Of a DNA stretch of 64,000 nt, positions 1-13,681 are shown one piece after another. The notes under the pieces were generated by a model. That model was not told where the DNA came from and did not search any database. It worked only from the letters and a program-made list of their open reading frames with translations. This DNA is from Octopus sinensis (taxonomy: Eukaryota): positions 124,496,001 through 124,560,000 of the forward strand of contig NC_043000.1 in the NCBI RefSeq assembly GCF_006345805.1, written 5' to 3'. Positions within the stretch are counted from its first letter, which is position 1. Every line of letters begins with the position of its first letter. The translations under genes were made by a program, and so were the position numbers.

Positions 1-1057
1 CTCTTGTGGTATGTATGTCTTTCTAGCTGTCATGACCATTATAAATACGATCAGATAGTCATCAAGTGGAAGTCTGTCAAGGGACTGTAGATAGCCATCA
101 CCAGGCGAACTGTCAAGAGACAAGCAGACAGCCAGCAAGTAACTTGCGCCAGTCAAGCAGCCAACATAGAACCCCATATTCAGCATGAACAACCCAACAC
201 AGTAGCAGTCACAGGACATAAACAGACACCACCGAATGACCAACGAACACACAGACACAAAACATGCCTGGTTCTACCTCATCACATCAGCACAGTATTT
301 CCCCTGTATATTTTCTTCTTCGCCAATTCGAAGCAAGTAGGGAAGTAGATAATGTCATGATGATGATGATGATGATGATGACATTATCTACTTCCCTACT
401 TGCTTATACAACAAATAAATGCAAATGTCTATTAAATAAATTATTTAAACCACAATCCGATGCTTTCCCATTATTTTACTTTGATGTCGTCCACATGCCT
501 ATTTCATCTGCTACCTCAACGACATCTTTTGCTACACCTTTCCCATTACACACTGATATGACTGAAGCTGTCTATTGACAACTTGGATTTTTACTTTTAT
601 TTTTTCTTGTTTTCTGTTAGTTTATCTACTTTTGAGGATTCAGCATTTCTAATTACATTGTAGCACAGTTTTCTCCATAACTTGTGATCCTATACTTTTT
701 TTTCAACGATGTAATAAATTTAAACAAATCATTTTAATCCATAAAGCGCTGGGACTTGCACTTACATTGCATGGACTGCTGAGCACATTTTATGAAAATG
801 AGACTACCATGCACACATAAAAAGCAAAAAATAGCTAAAATATCTTCTTAATATATAATGGTGGTAAGTTTTACATCATCTAAAACGTCATTAGTTGAAC
901 TATTAGTCCTCTTGCATTCTGGGGGGTATCGGAGAGTTTGAGTGACATTAGACCCCAACAAACGCCCATAAATTAAATGCATTTAACTGGGCCACAGTTG
1001 TGGCCTGTCGACCTGTGCCTGACGGCCACAATCATGGACCATTGTGATTTATATGTT

Positions 1058-1454
1058 ACTAGCAGTATCGCTCGGCATTGCTCAGGTTTGTAAGGGAAAT
1101 AACTATATAAGCATTTTTAGAGATGTAAAGTATAATAGCCATCTCAATATGGCTAACCACAAAGGGGGGGTGTTACTGTAGCTTTTTACGTTCTGAGATT
1201 TAATAATACATTTTTAGAGAGTTACTTCCCTTATATAATAACAAAAAATGCATTAGAAATGGGAAAAAATGATGGTAAATTTTTTTTTAAATCGTAGACT
1301 CATCGTAGACGCGCGCTAATACCCAGAAGGGCTCGATATGAATCACGACTATAAGATACCCGCTTCTGGTTACACTGCACTGCAAAATGTGGGAGTAGTT
1401 AGGAATCTAAATCGTAGGAGACAGACACACAACTTCACTTTTATATATAAAGAT
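1058..1454 (+). mobile_element. Non-autonomous Helitron-like element (Lep1/HINE-type ends)
   Basis: 5' ACTAGCAGTATCGCTCGGCATTGCTCAGG and 3' ACAGACACACAACTTCACTTTTATATATAAAGAT. Same termini as the copies at 18147 and 24481 but a different interior. Confidence 0.6.
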
Positions 1455-1464
1455 TTACTTAAAT

Positions 1465-3480
1465 CTTGGTCTTCCTTAATTTTTCTGTCAGGCTTCTTTA
1501 TTCTAAATTTTCTTTCTACATCTGGAATTTTATCTCTAAATCTTCCATGGTCTCAACTATTAGCACTAAGTTATCAGCATATAGGAACTTCCATAAGGAG
1601 CTGGTCTGAAACTCCTCAGTTATGGTCTGGAGGTTTATATAAAAAGGAGGAGGCTAAGAACTGAGACCTAGTGGATACCAACAAGCACTCCAAATTCTTC
1701 ACTGAATTCATTTCCAACTCTCCCTTTGCTGATTGCATCTCTGTACACAACTTGCACAAATCTCACCAGCTGTTCTTCAACTACCAGATTTTAAATCATG
1801 GTACTGTCTTGATTCAATAGATGCTGAAAAAGGTTTTCAGGTATGGAGGTTTACTTTTGGTTACCCTCTCTCTCTTTTACTCTGTTACTTGTTTCAGTCA
1901 TTTGACTGCGGCCATGCTAGAGCATTAGTGGGACAAAAATGAAGTATGTCTTAGTGAATTCTCTCCTAATCAATTCTGCTAAAACAATTTCTGTTGCTTT
2001 CATGACTAGGTCCACCTGTTTGATATTCTTGTAATTGATTCATCTAGAGCATCTCCTTTGCCCCTGTAACAGCTGCTGATAATACTGCTGTGCCAGTCAT
2101 TGTGTATGACACTTCACTATATATATATATATATATATATATGTATTACTTGGTTTACTATACTGATAACTAACTTGAGCTCTATTTTACTAGATGTTTT
2201 TAAGGCCTCATCAACTATACCAGGTGGATCAGTATCTTTCCCTGACTTCATATCTTTAATGGGAAAGGATGCCACTATCACAATTTTCACAGACACAATT
2301 TTCTCCAACAACATCTCAGTTTACCCTGACATACAACCTTGCAATTTGGAACATCTGAAACCTCTGATCCTTTTAGCTCCAAACACCAGCAAACCTCCTC
2401 CTTTCAGCTTCCCCCCATGCTAAATACATTCCCTATATAGCTAGCTTCTCTACTAGTAACACAGTATTCCTTTTTGTTGATCTTTTCCTTCCATTCTTTC
2501 CAAGCCTCTCTTTTAGTTTGTCTTTACCCTATTCACTGTAGTCTTTCCCCACAATGTTACTTTTGTTTAGCTGATATCTTGCTCCAGCCACAGACCTGGT
2601 CCATTGCTTTTAGCAAGCTATCACTTAGAAACATTCAGTTATAGTTTCTTATTTCTTTACTGCCCACAAGGGGCTACATACAGAGGGGACAAACAAGGAC
2701 AGACAAATGGATTAAGTTGATTAGATCGACCCCAGTGCGTAACTGGTACTTATTTAATCAACCCCAAAAGGATGAAAGGTAAAGTTGACCTTGGCGGAAT
2801 TTGAACTCAGAACGTAAAGACAGATGAAATACCGCTAAGCATTTCGCCTGGCATGCTTATGTTTCTGCCAGCTTGCCGCCTTCAAATTCAGCTATAGTTT
2901 CTGTCATCTCTCCTTCTTCATTATAGCATATCATTTAGAATCATTCTGATCATATACTTAACAGAAGAACCTTTTAGCTTTCACACCTTCCAGGTTGTTT
3001 TTTTATCTCTCAGTCTGTTTAACTCATATTCTGAAATCACTAATCATCAGCCTATGCTGCACAATATAATTTTCAACAAGGTCTTGGTACATACAGCCAG
3101 TTGCCTAGCCTAATTTCTGGTTTGAACGAAATCTATCTGGCTTGCATGTTCATCTAATTGGAAGGTGATCTAGAGGTTGGTTGGTTGATTTCCTAAAATG
3201 TGTGTTGCAGATGTTTAGTTCATTGGGATTGCAAAACATCAAAAACCTTGATCTCTCTTAATTTCTAGAAACATATCCATGACAACTATGGACTCCAGTG
3301 TAGCCCTCATGATGCTTTCAACATATCTGTTGAAGTCACTATCCAAGATAACGATGTTATTATCATCTGTCTGCAAGGTGGCATGCTGGAGAGTCTTAGA
3401 GAAGCAAGTTATTGGACAGACTCAATTGTAGAGCATAGGCAGAGACAACAGTCACGGTTGCTTTTCTTGCAACTAGTCTA
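1465..3480 (-). mobile_element. Decayed RTE-clade LINE (RT region), interrupted by SINEs and (TA)n
   Basis: Minus-strand remnants WKFLYADNLVLI (YADD motif, ~1560-1595), VGNEFSEEFGVLVGIH and IKDMKSGKDTDPPGIVDEALK...IVNQVI (2117-2314), typical of RTE RT. Many stops and frameshifts. Confidence 0.75.
2648..2880 (-). mobile_element. tRNA-derived SINE family B (octopus OK-like), full length
   Basis: Head GGCGGCAAGCTGGCAGAAAC with B box GAGTTCAAATTCC and tail ...CCCCTTGTGGGCAGTAAAGAAATAAG. Further copies at about 8609-8840(-), 16113-16525(+, two), 17059-17291(-), 28680-28860(-), 35400-35643(-), 46684-46912(+), 50938-51140(+), 55180-55410(+), 59700-59908(-). Confidence 0.85.
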
Positions 3481-4090
3481 AGCTTTATTACTCTGTTACA
3501 TATTCTGGTTACTTCAGTTACCTTATCTTACCACTTTTCAGTCACTAGAATGTCACATCTCCCTAAAATAGCATTGCTACCTATTCACAAGAATTTGTAC
3601 AGGTGTTCTTTGTGAGGAGTCTCACGGAGACACTACACCATCTTATCTCTTGCACACAACACACATCTAATTTTCTCTGCTCAAGCCTGTCTATAATCTC
3701 ACCTGATCTTGTCATTTTTCAGTATAGAATGTGTCCTCTCCACTCTTGATTTTTATTCAGAGTTGCTGCTCTGTAAGATAGGTTGCCTTCATCATTGTGT
3801 ACAGAATCTAGTCTCCACCCTATGCAGGTAATTTAATCTGCTCTCCTAGATGGTTTGCCTTCATTAGAGCTTATGAGGTCTTCATCTAGTCTTATAAGTG
3901 ATTTAATTCAGTTTACAATTCTCCTGGATGGATTGCTAGGATTATGAGGAAGGAGGTGAAGGATGAAGAACATATCAGAGGGGGATGAGTTAATAAACAA
4001 AACATATGAAATGGAATATAGGGAAGGAGAAAGCAGGACTGATGAGGAATAGAGGAAGAAGAAGTAAGGGTGTATGAATCAAGATTGATG

Positions 4091-4170
<80 letters not shown>

Positions 4171-4492
4171 TTCATGATATATATGTGGAAAGAGAGAAAT
4201 AAAGGCACGAAGAAAAATAGAGAGAAATTGTGAGCAGGAGAGAATGTCTTACTCTCTTACTCTCTTACTTGTTTCAGTTATTTGACTGTGGCCATGCTGG
4301 AGCACGGCCTTTAGTCGAGCAAATCGACCCCAGGTTTTATTCTTTGTAAGCCTAGTACTTATTCTATCGGTCTCTTTTGCTGAACCGCTAAGTTACAGGG
4401 ACGTAAACACACCAGCATCGGTTGTCAAGCAATGTTGGGGGGACAAACACAGACACGCAAACATATACACACACACATACATACATATATAT

Positions 4493-5220
4493 CATCATCA
4501 TCATCATCATCGTTTAACGTCCGTTTTCCGCGCTAGCACGGGTTGGACGGTTCGACCAGGGTCTGGGAAGCCAGGGGCCGCTCCAGGCTCCAGTCTGATC
4601 TGGCAGAGTTTCTACGGCTGGATGCCCTTCCTAACGCCAACCACTCCGTGAGTGGAGTGGGTGCTTTTTACGTGCCACCTGCATAGGGGCCGGGGGGTCC
4701 GGCATCGGTCACGATCGGTTCGAGCTTTTTAACGTGCCCGCAGCACGGGGGCAACAGGGATCCGGGGTACTTTGAATGGGTGGGGGTGGGGAAGGTTGGG
4801 GGGGTAAGGAGGAACGATGGCAGGAAGGGTTGGTGCAGGTTCGTAAGAAATAAAAACGTAGGATAATTACGAGGCGGGGAGGGGACTGGAAGGAGATAGT
4901 CGGATTGAGGCAGTGTCAGATTCAAAACAGGAGGAAGCGTAAGATCAGTGGGCGGTTGAAGAGCTGTGACGCTAGTAGCTTGTCTTTTCACAGTGAAAGC
5001 ATATGAGGAGAAGGGATAGGAAGGGGTGGTGGGGGGAGGAGGGAGTATCTGGTGTAGATGGTGAGAACAGTGTTCACCGGTATTGGTGGTGGGGGTGTTC
5101 ACCGGTATTGGTGGTGGGGGTGTTCACCGGTATTGGTGGTGGGGGTGTTCACCGGTATTGGTGGTGGGGGTGGGAGGATGGGCGCACCGCACATTGGGAG
5201 AAAATGAGGTTTTAGGCGGC
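4493..5220 (-). mobile_element. RTE-tailed non-autonomous repeat (family C) with a GC/G-rich extension
   Basis: (CAT)n-CGTTTAACGTCCGTTTTCC... is the reverse complement of an RTE-like 3' tail. Other family copies at about 6640-6800, 10343-10885(+), 11760-11990, 23820-24420, 25470-27560, 32205-32370, 35950-36370(+), 42060-42450, 47940-48465, 54645-54995(+), 56600-57250(+), 61081-61284. Confidence 0.7.
5071..5170 (+). repeat. 25-bp minisatellite, 4 identical copies (TGTTCACCGGTATTGGTGGTGGGGG)
   Basis: Units start at 5071, 5096, 5121 and 5146. Confidence 0.95.
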
Positions 5221-5531
5221 AGAAAGAAAGACAGACAGGATTTGAGATGAAATGCTTTGCGGTGGTGTGAATAAGTTTTTGTGAGTGAAAGTTTTTATGC
5301 TTCAGCTAGCATTTGAGACGAAAGACAACGATAACGCTAATATATGGGGATACAATAATAATAAGGCTTGCAAAAACAATGAAAAGAGGAAACAGGTCGG
5401 GAACTTAGCTGATGTTTTTCATCCTGCGGTATTGGCTAAGCCTGTGGAAGCGAGTGAAGGTGAGATATATACCGAGAGAGAGAGAGAGACAGTGAAAACA
5501 GAGGGAGAACCGACACCACATAGCGAGATAT

Positions 5532-5581
<50 letters not shown>

Positions 5582-6572
5582 CATATATATATATATACAT
5601 ACATATATAATATATATATATACATACATATATATATATATATATTATATATATATATATATATACGATGGGCTTCTTTCAGTTTCTGTCTACCAAATCC
5701 ACTCACGAGGCTTTGGTCGGCACGAGGCTATAGAAGAAAACACTTGCCCAAGGTGCCACACAGTGGGACTGAATCCGGAACCATGTGGTTGGTAAGCAAG
5801 CTACTTACCACAGAGCCACTCCTATGCCTACGTCTATTGATAACAGCTTCCTTAATTGTTGTTTTTGTTGTTGCTTAGCCCCAGGGCTGTCTTGACTGAG
5901 CAGACTATGAGCAAAGACATGATCATCCCATCCATTTCTCATACATTGGTACATTTTGACCCCTTCCTTCCAAGATTGATAGTGTATTTGAGGGTGAATT
6001 GGCTGCTATTTCTAGCAGAGTTAGCAAACCTTATAAAGATTTTCTTTTTGCCATCTTAGTTTAAACTGGAACATAGGTGTCTTCCTTCACAATTAGGTGC
6101 GATGTATTGATTGAAATATTGTTTCGTAGAGAGAAAATAAAATAAAAAAAAATCAATACCTTTACAGCAGGTCAGGGAAGGTCATCAATATCTGAATACT
6201 ATAACCAACATTTTATTAACACTCTATGAATGCCGGCAACAATAAGATTATATAATGAAATTGTATGTGTGCATGTATTTACATACATATATGTATGTGT
6301 GTATATATGTGCTCCAGCATGGCCACAGTCATTGGACTGAAACATATAAAAGAATAAAGGAATATATATTCTCATATACATATACATATATACATATATA
6401 TATATATATGTATATATATCATTATTTGTTGTTTATTTATATAACTACACTTTACATGCATATATACACATTTATTTATTGGTTTTATACATACCTACAT
6501 ACGTACACACATATATGTATGCTTATGTAAAGTATGTGTGCATGTATATATGTGTGTGTGTGTATAAAGACA

Positions 6573-6613
<41 letters not shown>

Positions 6614-7497
6614 GTCTATCTATCTATCTATCTATCTATCATCATCATTGTCATCATTTAACGTCCGCTTTCTATGCTAGCATGGGTTGGATGATTTGAC
6701 TGGGGATTGGTGAGCCAGATGGCTGCACCAGGCTCCAATCTGATCTGGCAGAGTTTCTACAGCTGGATGCCCTTCCTAACACCAACAACTCCAAGTGTCT
6801 TCCATTATAGCTTTGAGCTGATCAAAGACTTGTGAGTGGATTTGGTAGACGGAAACTGAAAATAACCTATTGTGTGTGTGTGTGTGTGTGTGTACACTCG
6901 TCGTCGTCGTCGTCGTCATCATCATCGCCACCGCCACCACCATCATCATCACTGTCCATTTTCCATGCTTGCATGTGTTGAACGGTTTGACAGGAGCTGA
7001 CCTGGCTGGGAGCTGTACCAGGCTCCATTGTCTATTTTGGCACGGTTTCTCTGTCAGTCTCTTTTTGGTAAACCACTAAGTTACGGGGATGTAAACACTG
7101 ATGCAAAGACACACACACACACACACATGACAGCCTTCTTTCTTTATGTTAATGTATGTTCATTTAAATTTTATTTGTAGTAAACTATTTTCAATGTTCA
7201 TATTGTGATGCAAATAAAATAAATATCCACAATATTTTTTCTCCTATTTCTTATAGTAATAATTGCATATTAGACTGTTTATCCCTATATATTCTTCTAA
7301 TATATCATTGATAACACCAGTTGATCTCTGGATTTCATAATCTCATCTTCCAAAATCCACTCGGCTATAGTAGAAGACACTTGTCCAAGATGCCATGCAG
7401 TGGGACTGAAACCTAAACCATGTTGTTGGGAAGCAAGCTTCATACCACACAGCTATGCCTGCTCTGATGTATTATATGTATAGATTTGTAGTAGAGC

Positions 7498-7527
7498 GGA
7501 TAATAATAATAATAATAATAATAATAA

Positions 7528-7563
<36 letters not shown>

Positions 7564-8490
7564 TGTGTACAGTGCTCAGGTGCACTACAACTCATCTAAA
7601 GTGTATATATAATCAGGTGTAGTTTCGGCGGATTTCGGAAAGCATGAGGGCCTTAAAGGATGCAGTGTCATGGCAGTCAACAACTGACGCAGGCAGTTTA
7701 TTCCATGCTTCAGCAACTCTGAGCATGAAAAAATGTTTCCGAAAGTCATGGGAGCTGTGTTGTTTTCTGACTTTGTAGGCATGTCCACGTGTGTTAGACA
7801 CATGGAGATCAAAAAGGTGTCCAGTGTTGTTGTTGGTGAGGTGGTTGATAACTTTGTGGGTCTTTACCAAGTCCATCGCCAGACGCCGGAGCTTCAGTGA
7901 ATCCATGCCCAGGGAAACAAGGCCCTCAGAATATGGTAGGTGTCTGATGGAGGGTATGCGTTTGGTTGCACGTCTCTGGACAGATTCCAGGAGGTCAATG
8001 TTCTGAGCAAGATAGGGGTTCCAAACTGATGATGCGAATTCCAAGTGTGGTCATACCATAGCTGTATACAGTTTTAAATAGATGGCTGGAGAGCGGCTAA
8101 CAAAAGTCTTGCTGAGTGATGCCAAGACACCCTCGGCCTTCTTGACAATTTTAGAGATATGCTTTGTCCAACGCAAATCACTGCTGACAGTGATGCCTAG
8201 GTCATGCTCGCAAGAGGATTTCTTGATATCAGTGTTGTGGAGGGAGTATGTGGACGCAGGGTTTTTTTCTCCCAAAATGCATGGTGGTACACTTGTCCAC
8301 AGCCAGTTTCAGATGCCAGTCTGTGATCCATTGCTGCATTGTGTCTAGGTCTGATTGCAGGAAAGAGTTGTAGACATCAGGATCTGTCCTCTTGATTTCA
8401 AGGTACAGCTTGATGTCGTCTGCATATTTCAATACTGTGGCATTCTTTAAATTGGCATCTATGTCATTAATGTATGCCACAAAAAGAGTT
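7498..8490 (-). mobile_element. 5'-truncated CR1/L2-group LINE, RT C-terminus plus (ATT)n tail
   Basis: AYINDID...KYADDIKLY, DLGITVSSDLRWTKHI and PHLEFASSVWNPYL...ESVQRRATK...LRVAEAWNKLP, with one frameshift and one stop. (ATT)n tail at 7498-7563. Confidence 0.92.
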
Positions 8491-9004
8491 TATATTTAAT
8501 ATGTTAATGATGAGCTTCATATTCTTTTCTACTCTAGGCACACGGCCTGAAATTTTTGGGGAGAGGGCCAGTCGATTAGATCGACCCCAGTAGAGCGTGC
8601 TAATGTTCCTTATTTCTTTATTGCCCACAAGGGGCTAAACATAGAGGGGACAAACAAGTACAGACAAAGGGATTAAGTCGATCACATCAACCCCGGTGCG
8701 TAACTGGTACTTAATTTATCGACCCCGAAAGGATGAAAGGCAAAGTCGACCTTGGTGGAATTTGAACTCAGAATGTAAAGACAGACGAAATACTGCTAAG
8801 CATTTCGCCCAGCATGATAATGTTTCTGCTTGCTTGTTGCCTGATGTGCTTCATGTTACTCATGACATTGTAGTTTTTGGGTCATCACTTCTGTTTCATT
8901 GTTTATTTAACAATTATAAGAATTTCTTATCTTAAATCTTAAAAGTTCTCACTACAGAAAAGATTTCTCTGTACATAAATAATAATTGTTGTTGTTGTTG
9001 TTTG

Positions 9005-9275
9005 TTCCTTCTTGAGCCACACCTGGCTGATAAGGCCTGGTTTCCCAGTTTCATTGGCATACAGACTCCCCAGGTGAGTTGCTAGATGCAGGAGGAAAGA
9101 GTGACAGAAAGTTGTGGTGAAAGAATCAGCAGAAGTTCACCATTACCTTCTGCCAGAGCCAAGTGGAGCTTAGGTGTTTTGCTCATAAACATACACACCA
9201 CCCGGTCTGAGATTTGAACCTGCGATCCTTCGACTGTGAGTTCACTGCTCTAACTACTAGGCCACGTGCCTCCAC
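9005..9275 (-). mobile_element. tRNA-derived SINE family D (V-domain-like central region)
   Basis: Head TGTGGAGGCACGTGGCCTAGTAGTTAGAGCAG...GGTTCAAATCTCAGACC. Other copies at 22330-22645(-), 52235-52545(-) and 59207-59520(+), which carry a GATGGACTGGCATCCCATCCAG-type motif. Confidence 0.75.
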
Positions 9276-9603
9276 AAACTATAATTACTGGTACTAAAAT
9301 TTATAGTATTTCTTATGACGAAGGAATTGATATATATTGGCAGACTGCTTTGTAAATGTTGCTGTTCGTTATATAAAAATAATATTTCTCTTTGATGTTA
9401 ATTAAATAAGTCTATATTGATTATTAAATATTACATTTTATCTCTTAGTGTATCTCTATTTGGTATCATATATTTATTCAGTTTTCTGTAACTGTTACGT
9501 ATGTATGTATGTATGTATGTATGTCATCATCAACATCCATTTTCCATTCTAGCTTGGGTTGGTCTATAAATATATATATATTTTTGTTTTCTTGTTTGGA
9601 TTA

Positions 9604-9652
<49 letters not shown>

Positions 9653-9673
9653 ACATACATATACATGTTTGCA

Positions 9674-9707
<34 letters not shown>

Positions 9708-9810
9708 CATACATATTATATGCCATGATGGACCGTGAAGTCTGGCGTAGCATGGTAAATTCCATTGTCTCGACCACGGTCGAACAATGATGATGACATA
9801 TTATATATAT

Positions 9811-9994
9811 ATATTAATCAAATTGTACAGTATTATACATCCATTATGGCCGATCTTACCAATTGGTTTCACACTACAGGTTCAATGGAATGTTAGGTGA
9901 CAGCCTGATTATACTCTGTTGAACCTCCTCGTGCGACACCAATTGGTAAGACCAGCCATAAGGGATATATAATACTGTACACTTTGATTAATAT
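9811..9994. mobile_element. Imperfect inverted-repeat (Penelope pLTR-like) element with degenerate hammerhead-like motifs
   Basis: Arms ATATTAATCAAATTGTACAGTATTATA... and ...TATAATACTGTACACTTTGATTAATAT. Each arm has GA(A/C)AC-CAATTG-GTA with palindromic ACCAATTGGT. Confidence 0.55.
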
Positions 9995-10968
9995 GCCCAC
10001 TCTGCTTTTTTAACTGACTTATGGTTTATCAGATGGCTCCCCCCACCACTATATCTATATCTATATATTCCTGTGGGAAAAATATGTAAGTATTAGCCTT
10101 TTGAATGAGATATCCCTGAAGATACCTGGACACTTTGTTGTCATTTTTTACATCTAAGACTATTAACATGGTTCGAATATTCTGAATCACTGTTTACATA
10201 GTGACCTTATTGAAACATGTGTAGGCACCTCTTATACAAATTGTATTTGATTTTATATTAATATATGTTCATTTAAATTTTATTTGTATTAAACTATTTT
10301 CAATGTTCATATTGTATATTAGACTGTTTAACCCTATATATTGAGAGACTTACCCCAATGTATTGAGGCAAGTGGAAACAAATCTAAATCACTGACATGG
10401 CTGAAGACAGTACAGCCTGATTGGCACTTGTGCCAGGGGAATGTTAAAAGGAGCATATCTGAGTGTGATCGTTGCCAGGGACATGGATGACTCCCATGCT
10501 GGTGACACGTGAAAAGTAGCATTCGAGCATGATTGTTGCCAGCATCGCCTTACTGGCACATGTGCTGGTGGCACATGAAAAACATTTGAGTGTGGTCGTT
10601 GCCAGTGCCGCTGCACTGGCTCCCATCCAGGTAGCACATAAAAAAACCTTTTGAGCGTGGTCGTTGCTAGAACTGCCTGACTGGCCCTCGTGCCAGTGAC
10701 ACGTAAAAAGCAGCCACTGCACTCTCGGAGTGGTTGGCATTAGGAAGGGTATCCAGCTGTAGAAACTTTGCCAGATCAGATTGGAGCCTGGTGCAGCCTC
10801 TGGCTCACCAGTCCTCAGTCAAACCGTCCAACCCATGCCAGCATGGAAAGCAGAGTTAAACGATGATGATGGTGATGATGATGATATCATTGATAAAACT
10901 AGTTGATCTCTGGATTTTATAAAGGAACTATATCTTCAACTGACTATATATATATAGAGAGAGAAAAG

Positions 10969-11044
<76 letters not shown>

Positions 11045-11060
<16 letters not shown>

Positions 11061-11479
11061 AGACAGTGAAGTCCTTGGAGTTCCAAGATGTAATTGTAAA
11101 TGTAGAATTATGTCATATTTCTGTGGAAGACATTCCACGTGTGATTAGCAACTGCCTAAAAATATCATTAAGGTACTAACTCCCTATGCTACAGGATGTA
11201 ATCACAAAAACAACATACAATGCTATCTGGAAAAAAAAAATCTATCTTGGAATAAATATAGAGAATCCCCTGTTATTGAATACATACATAAACATCAACA
11301 CAAACAAAACAATGGTGGAACATTCTCATCAAAGCATCTGTCAAGTGTAGGCATAACAGGATAAATATTGTTGTTTAAAGAAATCATGGAGAAAGAGGAT
11401 AACTATAGACAGCTACTCTGAAACCTCCAGTTTTTTATATCATCATCATCATCATCATCTTCATCGTCATCGTCATCGG

Positions 11480-11520
<41 letters not shown>

Positions 11521-12322
11521 CCACCACCACCACAACCATCATCATCATCGTCGTCATCATCGTCACCATCGTCAACATCGTCGCCATCATCATCATCATC
11601 ATCATCATCACCGTCAGTGTCATTGTCATCATCATCATCATCATCATCACCACCACCACTACCATCATCATCATTGTCGTCATCATCGTCACCATCGTCA
11701 ACATCGTCGACGTCATCATCATCATCATCATCATCATCACCATCATCATCATCGTCATCGTCGTCATCATTGTTTAACATCTGTTTTCCATGCAGGCATG
11801 GGTTTGACGGTTTGACTGAGGACTGGCAAGCCAGAAGGCGGCACCAGGCTCCAATCTAATCCAGCAAGGTTTCTGCAGCTGGACGTCCTTCCTAATGCCA
11901 ACCACTCTGAGAGTGTATTGGGTGCTTTTTACGTACCACCAGCATGGGAGCCAGTCAGGCGACACTGGCATCAACCATATTTGGATGGTGCTTTAGAAAT
12001 TTAAATTTATACCAACAATAATTGATGTGCTTGGTTATGCAAGTAAATGCCTCACTGACATTTACTGACATCAACCAACTAACTTACACATTACAAATAC
12101 AATCTATAAGTGGAACAATAAAAACATACAAGACCATTCTCAAGTTTAAATTGTGACACTGTTTTCGTTACCTACATTCCAAAGATGAAGTTTTGTATCT
12201 TTATTAAAAACCAGCTCCGTCCTCAGAGGATGAATTTAAATAATTAAAAAGAGAAGAGAAAATACGTACATACATACATACATGCATACATACATACATA
12301 CACACATACATACATACATACA

Positions 12323-12357
<35 letters not shown>

Positions 12358-12615
12358 GTACGTACGTATATACATACATACATATAAACATACATGCATA
12401 CATACATACATATAAACATACATGCATACATACATAAATACATATAAACATACATGCATACATACATACACAGCTTCAGACATACATACATACATACATA
12501 CATAAAAAATAGCCTGTTGTTGATGTTGAAATTCCAATGAAGGAGCCTTGAATCTAGGTTAGAAACCAGTTCTTTCTCAATTGGCAAGAAATCTTGAAAT
12601 AAAACTGAACAATGA
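11045..12615 (+). mobile_element. Decayed RLE-type (R4/Dong-like) non-LTR retrotransposon, interrupted by (CAT)n and a family C element
   Basis: KCR-LCHISVEDIPRVISNC (CCHC knuckle remnant) and WWNILIKASVKCRHNR at 11090-11390; KFKFIPTIIDVLGY and LQIQSISGTIKTYKTILKFKL* at about 11995-12150; terminal module 12504-12615 shared with the 41300 and 54441 copies. Confidence 0.75.
11430..11772. repeat. (CAT)n/(CGT)n trinucleotide array
   Basis: Directly visible. Similar arrays at 23545-23835, 62810-63420 and 63795-64000. Confidence 0.95.
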
Positions 12616-13003
12616 CATACATACATACTTGTAAGTATTGTTACTTGGAGCAAGTTAGCATGGCAAAATCTACTTCTTATTTTAATGGTTAAGGTGGCTT
12701 TGCTGATCACTAAAAACTTATTTAATACACACTCATCTGCTTATATATCTTTCTACAGCTTGGTGGACTGATTCGCAGAGAGTTAAATATACCAAACAGC
12801 AACTGGATACAAATCCTTGTGTATTTTCTGTTCTTCTTCTGAGTGGTCGATCTGTTATAAGCTTGACTTGCTGTGTATATCTTTATGATGGATTCACAAA
12901 TCATGTGTAAATGTGTTAAGTATGTTGTTATATAAATCAGAAAGTTACAGACTGAATTTTTATTACCTTTTCTCATGTGATTGATGATGTTTACATATAT
13001 ATA

Positions 13004-13042
<39 letters not shown>

Positions 13043-13092
13043 AATATATATATATATATACACACACACACATATATATATAAATACACATG

Positions 13093-13147
<55 letters not shown>

Positions 13148-13634
13148 TTATATATATATACACATGTATATATGCATGTATAAAGTGCAAATGAAAACAA
13201 GAACAATTTGAAGTTTATAAGTATATATACAAACATACATTCATACACTCACATGTGTGTGAGTGTGTATGTGGTTGAATGTGTATCCGTGTGTGTCAAT
13301 GTATGTATGTATGTATGTAAATGTTTATGTATGTATGTACGTACGTACGTACGTATGTATGTATGTATGTATGTATGTATGTATGTATGTATGTACATAT
13401 GTATATATGTATGTATGCATGTATGCATGCATATATGTATATATGTATGTATGTGTGTGAGCGTGTGAGTATATATATATATATAAAATTATATATACAC
13501 ACACATATAAAAATATGTATATTACATATAACAAGTTTAAGTTTATAAGTATATATTTGTGCGTACATTCATACAGAAAATTGTGCGTGCATGTATTGGT
13601 GTATATGTATACATATGTATACATATGTATGTAC

Positions 13635-13681
<47 letters not shown>

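Noticed and set aside
4668-5102. 144-aa Pro/Thr-rich ORF
   Set aside because: By-product of the G-rich repeat sequence; no splice or homology support.
5071-5170. 25-bp repeats as a CRISPR array
   Set aside because: Head-to-tail with no spacers, in a eukaryotic context.
10112-10185. CTGAAGA...GGTTCGAAT as a hammerhead
   Set aside because: No GAAA and no convincing stem I or stem III.
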